Below, piece by piece: positions 24,000 to 37,740 of a stretch of DNA of 64,000 bases. A program made the position numbers and the translations under genes. The notes under the pieces were generated by a model that had not been told where the DNA came from, searched no databases, and saw only the letters and a list, made by a program, of their open reading frames with translations. This DNA comes from Eledone cirrhosa (taxonomy: Eukaryota): positions 1 through 64,000 of the forward strand of contig CAXHJY010001109.1 in assembly GCA_964016885.1 (NCBI GenBank), written 5' to 3'. Each line of letters opens with the position of its first letter. The stretch's first letter is position 1.

Positions 24000-26110
24000 T
24001 ACTAGAAAAGAGAAAGGCTCCAGAATCCTGGAATTCTGTGACGCAAATAACCTAAATATCTGTAACCCCACAGCCAGTAATAAATTTAAAAGCATATTAC
24101 TTGATGCTTTTGATAGTAAGGAAGAGCAATTAGAGTCGTACAATATAGAGGAACAGTGGGAATTCCTGAAAGCTAACCTGCTGAAGGCGACAGATGAAAC
24201 CTGTGGCTGGAGCAGGCCTATAGGCAGGAGGAGAGTAACTTGGTGGTGGAACAGTAAGGTGGAGAGGTCAATCAAGGCCAAAAAGCAGGCTTGGAAAGCA
24301 TGGCAGGATGGGGGAAGTAGAGAAGACTATCAAGTGGCCAGGAGGGAAGCTAGGAGAGCGAATTGATCTAAATGAAATGCAATTCGGTTTTGTGTCAGGT
24401 AAAAGTACCACAGACGCTCTCTTCATTGTACGACAACTACAGGAGAAGTACCTAGCTAAAAGTAAACCCCTCTACTTAGCTTTTGTCGACTTGGAGAAAG
24501 CCTTTGACAGAGTACCCCGCTCGATTATCTGGTGAGCCCTTAGAAAACTAGGTGTTGATGAATGGCTTGTGAGAGCTATACAAGCCATGTATAAAGAAAC
24601 AGTCAGCAAGGTTAGAATTAATAACGAATATAGTGAAGAGTTTAGCGTAAAAGTTGGTGTTCATCAGGGCTCCGTCCTTAGCCCCCTACTATTTATTATT
24701 GCCCTTCAGGCTATAACAGAGGAGTTCAAGACCGGCTGCCCATGGGAACTCCTATAATCAGATGATCTAACGCTCATAGCTGAATCAATGACTGAACTAG
24801 AGAAGAAATTCCAAACATGGAAGCATGGCCTAGAATCAAAAAGGCCTTAAAGTTAACTTGTCTAAGACTAAAGTTCTAGTTTGTAGGAAGGAAAATAGGG
24901 CACCGGTCCCATCTGGGAAATGGCCATGCTCAGTGTGTAGGAAAGGAGTAGGTAGAAACTCTATTTTATGTCCCAAATGCAAAGTATGGATACATAAAAG
25001 ATGTAGTGGGATCACAGGTAAGCTAACTAAGAATATAAATTTTATATGTGGCCGGTGCTCTGGTGCAATAAGTAGCAGCAAGTGCACACAGAATATTAAC
25101 TCATTCTATTGCACAGATGGTTCTATAGAAATAGTGGACAGCTTCCATTACCTGGGTGACAAAATCAGCAGTGGGGGAGGGTGCTCTGAAAGTACAGTAG
25201 CTAGAGTCAGAACGGGATGGAAAAAGTTCAGAGAGCTTATACCACTATTGGCCGCTAAAGGGTTCTCTCTAAAAATGAAAGGCAGGCTGCATGATGCCTG
25301 CATGCGAACAGCAATGTTACATGGCAGTGAGACCTGGGCATTGTGTGCAGAGGATATACGCAGACTGGAGAGAAACGAAGCTTGCATGCTCCGCTGGATG
25401 TGTAATAGTAATATACGTGAACGGCAAAGCATAAACGAACTAAGGGAGAAATTAGAAATAAGAGGGATCAGATGTTGTTTACTCGAGAGAAGACTACGTT
25501 GGTATGGTCACGTGATGCGCATGAAAGACGACAGCTGTATAAAAAAGTGCAGGGCAATAAAAATAGACGGTAGCCACGGAGTAGGCAGACCCAGAAAAAC
25601 CTGGGATGACTTGATAAATTCCGACCTCACACACTTACACCTCTCCAAGACAATGTCACTGGACCGAGATCTTTGGCGCTACACAGTAATAGAGAAGACC
25701 CCGCCTTGCCTAAATACAAAGTAAAACCTACTACAGTCAGTAGACACCTCTAACAAAATACACCCCTGTCCCACTACCCCCACCCCATCCAGACCACCCC
25801 TTTCAATGTAAAGTTATGTTGGTACCACAACATCCAGCCCGAAACAAATGAGGTCGTGTAGGTGTCACAACAAAAAAAACACACAGTCCACGCTGTAATG
25901 TGGCCGTGTAGGTTACACGGTAAAAACCTCCCAGTTCCACACTGTAAACATGGTTGGTGTTAGGAAGGGCATCCAGCTGTAGAAAACCCGCCAGACAGTC
26001 CTGTGCGAGCTAGACAACCACTCTTACCTCAAGTGGGAAAACTCCCGTCCAAACCCATGCAAGCGTGGAATATGGACGTTAAACGATGATGATGATGATG
26101 ATGATGATGA
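24000..26110 (+). mobile_element. RTE LINE copy with internal deletions, stops and a frameshift
   Basis: ILEFC and VTWWWN pieces fused to RT; *SDD; Cys-rich insert; 3'UTR and (GAT)n. Confidence 0.92.
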
Positions 26111-26766
26111 TATATATATATGATATCATCATCATCATTATCACCTTTTAACGTCCATTTTTCCTTGCTAGCATGGGATAATCAAGTTATCCTGTTGTGA
26201 GACAAGTCAGATTTTGGGTTGGTTTCTATGGCTGGATGTCCTTCCTAATCTCAATCACATTTACAGTGTGTACTGGGTGCTTTCTGATGTGACACCTACA
26301 TGACCAATTTACAGTGTGGACTAGGGCCTGGGGCAGGGATGTGTAAGGAGGTGGGTGAAGGCTTGGTAGGTTTATATGGAAGTGGGAGGGGAGAATGGTG
26401 GAAGTGGTGTATATTAGATGTATGCTTCAACCCGTGCACATGGGAAGGAGGGTCTTTTGTATTTACTGCGTATATATATATACAAAATAGGGGGCATTCT
26501 GATTTCAAATCCTGCCAAGTTTAGCTTTGCCTTTCATCCTTACAGAGTCGATAAAATAAAGTACCAGTAATGCACTGAGGATGATTTAATCAACTTACGC
26601 TTTAACCCAAATTTTTGGCCTTGTGCCTAAATCAGAAACCATTATTATGTATATATTCTCAGTTGGACTCCTGTTAAAGAAACTATCCAATGCCATCATA
26701 GAAGAGAAAAGAAGGCCCAATGTGTTAGACTTTAGTAAGTCCCCACCTTATGAACATGCTACTTAC

Positions 26767-28218
26767 AAACTTCTGCAGATGTGAACAGTCTCATGAAGAA
26801 AAAAGATTTTGTCTGAGTTTGAAATTTGGCTCTTTCAGGTCCTGGGTTCCTTCTTTTGCAGCATAAAAACAAGCCATAATCGTACCTAGGTTATGGGATA
26901 CCATTCTGCTTTTGCAGAATTGAAAAAGTACTTTTTTTCTTTAACAATTTATTGTCATTATCTTTACAGTATTTAAATTCATTATTACACCTCTATATAC
27001 TGTATATATATATATATATATATATTCATTATTACATGTTAATCATACCTCTCTATACTGAATATAAATCACTCATATGGAAACCTGCTGTAACAATGTA
27101 ACATATATGGGCTTACTGGTATGTACTGTGTTAGACGATCAACTAACGAATTAATCAACTTACGAATGACCTCTTGGAATGTAACTCATTCATAAGTTGG
27201 GGACTTACTGTATACCAAAACGAGAGTCTTAGGCCTTAACACCAACATAAGTGATATTCCAGTACCTAATTGCTAGATCATTGAAGTCTTTAAATATCGT
27301 TTCTCCAGAATCTGTTCTTTGTTTCAAATTCAAATTCTGTAAACTTTGCATTAAACCTAAAATTGCAACTCTGTGACTCCCTTACCCTGTCACATCATCT
27401 TCATCATCATTTTTATGTCCATTTTTCCACGCTTGCATGGGTTGGATGAATCCTTCTCAGCACAGCATATCTCCACTCGCTGTGAGTCTCAGTGATTTAA
27501 GGTCAGCTCTCACCACCTCTAGTCAGGTCTTTTTCAGTCTACCTCTGCTATGGCTTCCTTCCACTGGCATTTCCTGGTACTTCTTCACCCATCAATCATC
27601 ATTTATGCACATCACATGTCTGTACCGATGCAGTCTTCTCTCCTGCACACCATCTCGGATTCCCTTTAAACCCAGCTTCTCCCTCAGTTCATCCTAGGTC
27701 TGCCTTTTTCTATATTATCTATATTGTTAAAATGGAGCTGAGTGATGGACAGTCACCAAACCCAAATATTCTGAACTCTTTTGATATCATCTGCTACAGG
27801 TACACTCTCTTCTTGGTCTTAAACAAACTGACCACATCAAAACAATAATGTTTTATACTGAGTTATTCAGTGTGTGTGAATGTGTGTGTTTGTATGAATG
27901 TCATAGAATTCATTTATATTCAATGCTTTTATTTTTATGGTGTTTTCTCTATTTTCTGTCACAATAACAAAGACATTAAAATCTACAGCATATTTATTCT
28001 CCTTCACTGTTGCTATTGTTATAGCATAAGGCAATTCTCATAAACACAAAATACAACTGAAGTTTTCTGTGCATATCCGGTCATAAACTCCTTGGCTACA
28101 ACCTGAGTGTCTATAAAAAACAACAATGTGTAAACACACAAAATAGAACTATGTCATCAGCATACTAAAGTTTCCCATGTATAGCCACTGTTAAATTCTT
28201 CCACTACAACCTGGGTAC
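26767..28218 (-). other. Candidate small exons of an unidentified minus-strand gene (28166-28218, 28058-28110, 27266-27356, ~26767-26885)
   Basis: Open AG..GT-bounded segments in mostly non-repeat sequence; phases only partly compatible; no protein family recognised. Confidence 0.25.
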
Positions 28219-29079
28219 CTGTAATAAACAGTAGGGACCTGAGAAGCAAGCTCTGTTGAACATTCAATTAAACAGAAAACTAATTTTAAGTGTTACATTT
28301 GCTGGCAGTACATATGTATACCTAGCTCTCATAAGCTAAACAACAACACTTAGTTTTCCTTAGTTTTCTATAAATTATGAAATGAAGTAAGGTAAGAAGA
28401 AAGGGCCCTTAACTCCTGATGGAGTCATAGGAACACCATCTTGGGAATTTAAAACCTAGTGGAGCCCATCCCTCTCCAGGCTGGAACACAGTTGGTTTCT
28501 TCAAGATAGATAATCAACTCCAGTACTGGACTAGTACTGTATAAAATAATTACAATAATAGGGAAGAGATTTAGTCTTTCATGGGAATAGTTGACCATAT
28601 TTAGGTGGTCACAGATAATAATAATGGTGATGATGATGATAATGATTTTATTAGCCGGAAGACATTGGGAACAATACAAGGACAAAAACAACACAGAGTT
28701 GGGTTTAAAACAAGTAAAGGAAAAGGGATATCATCATCACCATCATCATCACCGTTTTACGTCCATTCTTCCACACTAGCATGGGTTAGACGAGATGTCC
28801 TGTTGTTGGCAATGCCAGGTCAGGTGACCGTGTCTTGCTCATACAGAACTGATTTTGGCTTGGTTTCTATGACTGGATGCCCTTCTTAACACCAGCCTCA
28901 TTTACAGTGAGTATTGGGTGCTTTTTACCGTGGTGCCTTCATGACCACTTTACAGTGTGGACTGGGTGTTTTTAGGTCGTGGCACCTACACGATCACGTA
29001 ACAGTGGGGGGGGGGGGGGGGCAAGGCATGCTGTATATGTGTGGGAAGTCAGGTCTTCTGTATTGCCGAGTAACGCCGT

Positions 29080-29109
<30 letters not shown>

Positions 29110-29112
<3 letters not shown>

Positions 29113-29292
29113 TTGTTTTGCAAGATTTTTTATATGAAATCCTGTGAAATCGTGTGAAATTGTGTGAAACAAATATGAAACAAATATTGTTATACTTGGG
29201 GAGGGTCATATTGTTGTAATAATATTGCCAGAAATAATATTATTTCTGGCAATATTATTACAATAATATGACCCATGACCCTCCCCAAGTAT

Positions 29293-29349
<57 letters not shown>

Positions 29350-29500
29350 AATTTGTGTTGCAAGGTTTTTGATATGAAATCGTGTGTCAAAACAAATATT
29401 GTTATACTTTGATAGACTATATATATATTTATATATTTATATCTGTATTTTAACCGCTGGTCAATCAATGATAAACATTAATTGCCAAATAAATTATATA
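29110..29500. repeat. Unclassified repeat with internal inversions; related copy at 31985-32230
   Basis: aaatattgttatacttggggagggtcat present in both orientations and again at 32030. Confidence 0.65.
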
Positions 29501-29694
29501 TCTTTCCAATTGCTAATACTATCTATCGGTCACAACTCCAGGTAGAAGGAGCCATGTGAAATAAAGTGTCTTGCTCAAGGACATAACGCATCGCCTGGTC
29601 CAGAAATCGAACTGACAACCTCACGATTGTGAATCCAGTTCTCTAACCACTCAAGCACACATATATGTATATGTATATACGTATATATATATAT

Positions 29695-31960
29695 ATCATC
29701 ATCTTCGTTTAACGTCCATCTTCCACGCTAGCATGGGTTAGACGGGAGTTGTCCCACTTGAGGCAAGGTTGGTCGGGTGACTGTGTCATATAGGACTATC
29801 TGGCAGATTTTCTACGGCTGGATGCCCTTCCTAACACCAACCACATTTACAGTGTGGAACTGGGAACTTTTTACCGTGTTACCTACACGGCCACATTACA
29901 GCATGGACTGTGTGTTTTTTTTTGTCGTGACACCTATAGTATCTCGATCTCATTATCTCATTTATTTGGACTGGATGTTGTAGTACCAACTTTACAGAGA
30001 GAGGGTGGTGTTGGTGGGAGTGGGAGGATAGGGTAGGGGTAGTAGATTGGGGTGTATATTTGGTTAAGAGGTGCCTACTGACTGTAGGTTTCACTTTGTA
30101 CATAGGCAAGACGGGTCTTCTGTATTACTGCGTAGCGCCAAAGATCTCGGTCCAGTGACATTGTCTTAGAGAGGTACAAGTGTGTAAGGTCGGAATTTAT
30201 CAAATCGTCCCAGGTTTTTCTGGGTCTACCTACTCTATAACTACCATCAATTTTTATCGCCCTGCACTTTTTTATACAGCTGTCGTCTTTCATGTGCATC
30301 ACGTGGCCATACCAACAGGGTCTTCTCTCAAGTAAACATCATCTGATCCCTCTTATTCCTAATTTCTCACTTAGTTCATTTATGCTTTGCCGTCCATGTA
30401 TATTACTATTACACATCCAACTGAGCATGCATGCTTCATTCCTTTCCAGTCTGCGCATGTAATGCCCATGTCTCACTGCCATGTAGCATTGCTGTTTGTA
30501 TACAGGCATCATAGAATCTGCCTTTCATGTTTAGAGAGAAACCTTTTGTGGCCAACAGCGGTATATATTTTCCATCCCGTTCTGACTCTGGCTATTGTAC
30601 TTTCAGAACACCCTCCACCACTGCTGATTTCGTCACCCAGGTAATGGAAAGTGTCCACTATTTCTATAGAACCATCTGGGCAATAGAAGAAGCTAGTATC
30701 CTGTGGACACTTGCTACTTATTGCACCTGAGCATCGGCCACATATAAAATCTACATTCTTAGATAGTTTACCTGTGATCCCACTACATCATTTATGTACC
30801 CATAGTTTGCATTTGGGACATAAAATGGAATTTCTGCCTACTCCTTTCCTACACACTGAGCATGGCCATTTCCCTGAGGGCACCTGTGCCCTATTTTCCT
30901 TTCTACAAACTAGAACTTTAGTCTTAGACAAGTTAACTTTTAGGCCTTTTGATTCTAGGCCATTCTTCCATGTTTGGAATTTCTTCTCTAGATTCAGCTA
31001 TGAGAGTTAGATCATCTGCGTATAGGAGTTCCCATGGGCAGCCGGTCTTAAACTCCTCTGTTATAGCCTGAAGGGCAATAATAAATAGGAGGGGGCTAAG
31101 GACAGAGCCTTGATGAACACCAACTTCGACACTAAATTCTTCACAATATTCATTGTTAATTCTAACCTTACTGACTGTTTCTTTATACATAGCTTGTATA
31201 GCTCTCACAAGCCTAGTTTTCTAAGAGCCCACTAGATAATGGAGCAGGGGACTCTGTCAAAGGCTTTATCCAAATCAACAAAAGCTAAGTAGAGGGGTTT
31301 ACTTTTAGCTAGGTACTTCTCCTGTAGTTGTTGTACAAGTAAATGAGCATCTGTGGTACTTTTACCTGACACAAACCCAAACTGCATTTCATCTAGATCA
31401 ATTCGCTCTCTGATTAGTTGCGCTATAACTCTTTCTGTGACCTTCATGACCTGGTCAACTAACTTAATGCCTCTATAGTTTCGCCTATCTAGAGCATCCC
31501 CTTTGCCCTTGTAGCAGTTAATGATGATGCTGCTACGCCAGTCATTTGGTATGACCCCATTCTGTATTACTTGGTTAACTATACGGGTGACCATAGTATG
31601 TCCCACCATTCCAGATGCCTTCAACATCTCAGCAACTATCTCCGAAGGCCCAGCTGCCTTGCCTGTCTTCATATCTTTCATTGCCTTACTTATTATACTA
31701 ACTTTAACTTGCACTGCTGGTCCTTCTATTGGATCGATTTGGGGCAGACTATCTTTTTCCCATTTATTCTCCTCATTTAATAGCCTCTCGTAGTGACACT
31801 TCCAGGCTATCTTCTTATCAGCGTCAGTGAGGGCAAGTACACCGTTATCATTATGGACACACTTCTCCCCGACAATATCATGGTTTTCCTTAACACATTG
31901 TCTAGCAATCCTGAACACCTCACGATTTTGGTCCTCAGCTTGTAGAATATGCTTGAACTT
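29695..31960 (-). mobile_element. 5'-truncated degenerate RTE LINE
   Basis: GKAAGPS, KGKGD..NYRGIKL, YADD retained, small deletions, (ATG)n tail. Confidence 0.9.
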
Positions 31961-32230
31961 GATATATATATATATATATATATATATATTTCTTTTGCAA
32001 GAATTTTTATATGAAATCGTGTGTCGAAACAAATATTGTTATACTTGGGGAGGGTCATATTGTAATAATATTGCCAGAAATAATAACGAAACACACTCAC
32101 TGTTTGGTTGGCTTTCGCTTCTGTATCTTTTATATCTCCACAGTTAATTCATTTGGCCGTCAATGTTTATCACTGACTGACCAACGGTCAAAAATGCAGA
32201 TATAAATACATATATATAGTCTAACAAAGT

Positions 32231-33235
32231 TCTTTCATTGCACATCTGCAACATCATCAGTGGTACTATTATGTTCCTCCTGTTGTATTGTATGTCTACG
32301 ACATTTTTATTTTATCTGTTTAATTATTTATTTATCTCTGTCTTCGTCTCTGCGCATGCGTTTGCGTATGTGTATAGTGTTTGGTGTGTGTGTTCACGCT
32401 TGGGTGACTGTGTTTTGGTTACTGTATTCTATCTTAGTTTATTAGTGTGTGTTTATATGTGTTTGTTGTTATTGTGCTTGTGTATATATTTATTTATTTC
32501 TCTTAAGTCAGTATTATTTGTTTGGGTGTTGTTATTCCATTCAGTTTAGCTTTGGCTTTCTAAGCTTTATTTCGCTTGCTTCTCTGATTTGCCTACCTGT
32601 TGGGACATTTCTATGTTTAGATATTATTTTAATTTCTATGTTGTCTTTGTCAGGCATGTTCATATAGTACTGAACCGTTTTTTTGTCCTTGTTGGTCTAT
32701 TCTTTCTCCTATGCTTCGAGCTGTCTCACCTATGTATGTTGTTGTCATGTTTCTGCAAGTACCCTCTGTACATCTTATGCTATAGACTACATTTCTACTT
32801 TTACAGTTTATCTGGGGGTTTACTTTACATATAACACATTTCTTATTAGTACAGTGGGTTTTCTTAAAAGGGTATGTTTTGCTGATCAGGGATTTCATGG
32901 TAGTTCCTGGTTTTTCTACCACTTTAATCTTTAAGTGGGTCTTTCTCAGAGCCTTTCTACATTGGTTAGCTAATTTCCCTCCAGGGGTAGCATCCACGAA
33001 CATGACACTCTGATATTTCTGGTTGTCATACCATGAGGTGGCTTTCCTTTGTATACTCTGATTCTGTCTCTTTGGTTGTAGCCAGAGAACTGCATGCGGT
33101 TGATGAAGTGTGGGATGTGTCTTTCCATTTCTGTTGGGTCGCACATGCGGGACACATTCTTCATCACTCGTACCAAGTCTGCAATCAGAATATTAAACTT
33201 AGCACTACTGGACATTGCTGAATTTTTGAGTATCA
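32231..33235 (-). mobile_element. PLE 3' fragment (thumb, GIY-YIG, pLTR ending in a truncated HHR)
   Basis: RMQFSGY, VMFVDATPGG, CKSRNVVYSIRC..YIGETARSIGER. Confidence 0.85.
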
Positions 33236-33282
33236 GCTAGTATATATATATATATCATCATCATCATCATTTTACGTCTTTT

Positions 33283-34012
33283 AATTTGAGGTGTATATGC
33301 AACTGCTTTCGTGCAGCCTCCAAACCCCACAGTGTTGCCTGGCTCCATGCCCTGCCCTCCTTCTCCCCTGGCACAGAGCTAGACAACAATAGCCTGCGCA
33401 TCGGCGTTTGCTTGAGGCTCGGCCTCCGGATCTGCGAACCACACCAATGTCGCTGCGGATCCACCGTCGACTCTTTTGGCCTCCACCCGCTTTCCTGTCA
33501 CCACAGTGCCGGCCGCCTTCCACGCCATGCTGCCCTCAATGAGGTCATAAAGCATGGCTTGGATGCTGTGGGTTTCCCTTCCCAGCTCAAGCCGGTGGGA
33601 CTGGACCGAGGGGACGGCAAAAGGCCAGATGGCATGACCATCTTCCCATTCCGCGGTGGCAAACCCCTCGTCTGGGATGCTACTTGCACCAACACTTTCT
33701 GCAGCCGCAACCTGGTGCAGTCTGCCACTAACCCAGGTTCTGCTGTACGTCGGGCTGAGGAGGCTAAACTCCTGAAATACCGACAGGTTTGCAGTTTTAC
33801 CCCTGGCAGTGGAGACTTCTGGTGTCCTCGGCCCCAGGGCTACCTCCCTACTCACCATCATAGGCGCTGAGCTGGCCAGCCACAAGTGTGAACCCCGTGA
33901 GTTGGAGTGGCTTTTCCAGGGCATCTCCCCTGCCGTCCTCCGCGGGAATGCCGTCTCCATCCTGTCCGCCGGGGCCGTGAGGGTGCCCCATCGCGTAACA
34001 TTCCATATTTAG
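33283..34012 (+). mobile_element. CRE-like non-LTR retrotransposon 3' fragment
   Basis: AWLHALP, CRCG..HPLSC, RHAALN, KRPDG, WDATC, then a frameshifted ETSG.LG. Confidence 0.8.
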
Positions 34013-35979
34013 GTATCCAGAGTAATGGTTTTTAGGGTATTATAGTCAATAGACTTAACATTGTTTATGCCTAAGTAAACACAGACTTCTAACAACCCTC
34101 ATAAAGAAATAGTAACAGTTGTCCCACCTAGGACCAGCCTGAATTTAATGATTCTGTCATTTACTCTGCTTACTGTGATTACATTTTCTACCTTTAGTTA
34201 TTTTAAGCTGTGATCATATGATAGATACCAGAGTAATCACATAATAACACTATTTACATATTTCAGCATTGTTATCCATCTTCAGTAAACACTTACTATA
34301 GGATACTGAAGTAACAATGTATCCTACAGTAATGATTGTATAAATATAGATTTTATAAATAATCTATTAACAACTTTATGTATCTAAAACAATTAGGCTG
34401 TAGAGTCCTTGCATATACACCCCCTTCTATATCATTATGCTGACCTGCCAACCTCTAAAACCCCAAACGGGTGGGGGGGGGGGGGGTTACTATGAAAAAA
34501 GGTGCCACAATAGGGGGAGAAATAAAGCAAAATGAAGAGATTTTACATAATGAAACTAAACCCAGTTTCACAAGAGAAGACATCTCTCACAAATCACCCC
34601 ATTGGAGGATTTTGCACACCTCTCTTCAATTCTAATATACACACTCCCCAATCCTTAGATACACTTCCCACTCTTCAATCATTGCTCACTGTCTGCTAAC
34701 AATTCATAAGTGAATTTTAAAACAACACTGTATCATGAAATTCTCTCTCAACAACCCAGTTTCTATTCTTCACATCTCTAATATCCTGGGTGAAAAACGG
34801 GACACTAAACATCCCACATTCTTCTTGACAATATATACCAGTTTCTTGCCATTAAAGGGTGGTTGACTGACAGAGTTGTTAGAGCATCAGATTAATGTAA
34901 ATGAAATAAAATACCAGATGAATACTGGGGTAAATTTAATAGACTTTCCCTTTCCCTTCAAATTGCTGGCTTAGTATTAAGGATGATTGGATTGGTGGAG
35001 TCGTTAGAGTATCTGAGTAATCATCATCATCACCATCATCGTTTTTACATCTATTGTTCCACATTTGCATGGGTTGAACAGGTCCTTCTCAGCGCAGCAT
35101 CTCTCTACTCGTCGCATTCCTTTGTCATCTCCTCTGTGAGTCTTAGTGATTTTAGGTCAGATCTCACAACCTCTGCTCAAGTCTTTCTTGGTCTACCTCT
35201 ACAGTCTTTTCTCCTGCACGATACCTTGGATTCCTCTTAAACCCAGCTTCTCCCTCAACTCGTCCAAGCTCTGCCATCTGTCACACTTACATTGCACATC
35301 CAACGGAGCATGGTTGCTTCATTTCTTTCAAAATACCATTGCAGTATTTGCTCTGGCTCTTTACATTCCAAGTTAAAATCCTGCTGAAGGCATCTTTACT
35401 GTTTATCCTTTTAGAGGAGTCAATAAAATAAAATACCAGTCATGTAGTGGGGTCAATTTAGACAATTTTCATTTCCTCCCAAAATTACTGGCTTTACGCC
35501 TAAAGTAGAAATCATTATTCACCCCTCCTTAATCCAAATGCATAGCAAGTATTTGTTCTGATTCTTTACATTCTGAGTCCAAATCCTACTGAAGTCAACT
35601 TTGCCTGTCATCTTTTCAGTATCAATAAGATATACTACCAGTCAAATACTGTGGTTGATTTAATCAACTTTCCCTACTCCCCAAATTTGTGGTTTTGTGC
35701 TTAAATTTGAAACCAACATTACACCATAAATATTCACTTAATACAAAGAATTTCTTTCAAACTGTACTGTTGTATTTATTTATTGAAGTTGAAATGTATA
35801 TTTTTTGTTTACTGTACTGATTGCTATAAAAATTAACTGGAATGCGTTACTTTCGCTTCCAGGTTACACTCAAAGATGTGGAAATGCAGCTTTCTATAAA
35901 ATGGATACAGACAGATGATTGAAGGAAAAGTAACCAGTAACTAGAATTCTTTACCAGAGCTCTATGATACTCTCCAGTC

Positions 35980-37185
35980 ATGGGGCGACTCATGTGGATT
36001 ATTAAATTACTACTCTTCTTCGGAGTTGCAGGGACAACATTCATAGTGCTTCAACTGATTCACAAGCCATTTGTACCAAAACAATTTCACAAATTCACAG
36101 AGGATTTGGTTACCATTTACAAAGTAAGACTTCAACGTAAATTACCAAAAGTGGAAATATTACCAGCTCCAACTAAGCACAGTTTTATCTCTGAACCTGT
36201 TGTTGAACTTATGACAAATCCTGTTAAAGAAAGTTCACGAAATGGCCAGCTTGAACTATGGTTGAGACGAACCCTTCCAACATCAAATGAAAAGTTTGAC
36301 CATTCAAAACATAAATATTTCCAAAAGACCCTCATTTCTAATGACAATCTGTGTCAGGGTCAAGTTGATATATTGGCTTACATTCAAAGTTCCCCAGAAA
36401 ACTATGAACGACGGCTAGCGATCCGTGAAAGCTGGGGGAATAGTGCCATCTTTAATAATATTTATTTAAAGGTTGTGTTTGTCATTGGTAGATCAAACAA
36501 TAAGGAAAGTCAACACAAAATAGATTTGGATATTACCAATGAAAATATACAATATAATGATATACTTATGTTTGACTTTCTGGACACCTTCAAAAACTTG
36601 ACTCTGAAAAGTATATCTACACTGAACTGGATTTACCATTTTTGCCCAGAGGCAAAATACATTCTTAAAGCTGACGATGATATTTATGTAAACATTTTTC
36701 TACTAATCGAGAATTTTATTTCTCAAATATGGAATAAAAGAAAGGCTATAGTTTGCCATTATAAAACTAATGGAACAAGCCCAATTATTCGGACTCCATC
36801 CAATAAATGGTATGTCCCTGAAGCGTACTTCAAAGGAGAAAAATATTTTCCTTTTGGCTTTTGCAGTGGTTATGCAGTTCTCTTTACATCAAATCTTCTA
36901 CCAGAAATGTACAAGAAATCTCTCCAAATTCCTTATATCATCATCGATGATGTTTATGCTTTTGGTCTGTTACTAGAAAGCATAAAAAGAATCACCATTA
37001 TCAATGTACAACGTAACTTTACTCTGGATCAATATGCTGCTCTTTCTGAGTATGAAAGTACTCGACCAATAACACATGTTGTGGCAAGTGCCTGGGCACA
37101 AAACAGTATGATCCGTTTCTGGTATGCTACAATTCAGAGGCTTTCGCCATGGGCAAAATTACATTGTAAATTAAAAATTATTTAA
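35980..37185 (+). CDS. GT31-family glycosyltransferase (beta-1,3-galactosyltransferase/B3GNT-like), type II membrane protein, 401 aa, intronless CDS
   Basis: N-terminal TM helix; RRLAIRESWG, DFLDTFKNLTLK, YILKADDDIYVN (DxD), KWYVP, FCSGYAVL, IDDVY; likely splice acceptor tttcgcttccAG at 35861-35862. Confidence 0.93.
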   Translation: MGRLMWIIKLLLFFGVAGTTFIVLQLIHKPFVPKQFHKFTEDLVTIYKVRLQRKLPKVEILPAPTKHSFISEPVVELMTNPVKESSRNGQLELWLRRTLPTSNEKFDHSKHKYFQKTLISNDNLCQGQVDILAYIQSSPENYERRLAIRESWGNSAIFNNIYLKVVFVIGRSNNKESQHKIDLDITNENIQYNDILMFDFLDTFKNLTLKSISTLNWIYHFCPEAKYILKADDDIYVNIFLLIENFISQIWNKRKAIVCHYKTNGTSPIIRTPSNKWYVPEAYFKGEKYFPFGFCSGYAVLFTSNLLPEMYKKSLQIPYIIIDDVYAFGLLLESIKRITIINVQRNFTLDQYAALSEYESTRPITHVVASAWAQNSMIRFWYATIQRLSPWAKLHCKLKII

Positions 37186-37615
37186 ACTACAATAGATTTT
37201 TCCATGTATGAAGTGCGTATGACTGGTACTTTATTTTAATAAACACAGTAGATTTACCTCATCAGAATTTTAACTTAGAATGTAAAAGGCCATAACTAAA
37301 TGCTGCAAAGCATTTTATTTGATGCTCTGACTTTACCAATCCACCACTCTATTTGTTATATATAATAGATATTTGTGTGTGTGTGATATAATAGATGCGT
37401 GAGTGTGTGTGATATATAATAAATGTATGTGAATGTGTGTGTGCATGTGTGGGATATATAATAAATATGTGTGTGTGTGTGTGTGTATGTGATACTTTCT
37501 CCTGCAAAAATCTATTGACTTCAGCAGGAGGGCTGAGTTGTTGCCTAACAAAGGCTACTTCTTGTTATGTTTATCATTGAACTCGTAATAGTGGAAACTT
37601 CTGATGGCCTTCCTA

Positions 37616-37740
37616 TGTCCCCAAACCACCTCCAATCTGTGACCAGGCCACAGTGTCCCCAAACCACCTCCATAGTGTGACCAGGACACAGTGTCCCCAA
37701 ACCACCTCCATGCTGTGACCAGGACACAATGTCCCCAAAA
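37616..37740. repeat. 38-bp tandem repeat, ~3 copies
   Basis: tgtccccaaaccacctcc..tgtgaccagg.cacag repeated. Confidence 0.9.

Noticed and set aside
31995-32050. HHR in the 29.1/32.0 kb repeat (GAAACAAATATTGTT)
   Set aside because: No credible CUGANGA box in any copy.
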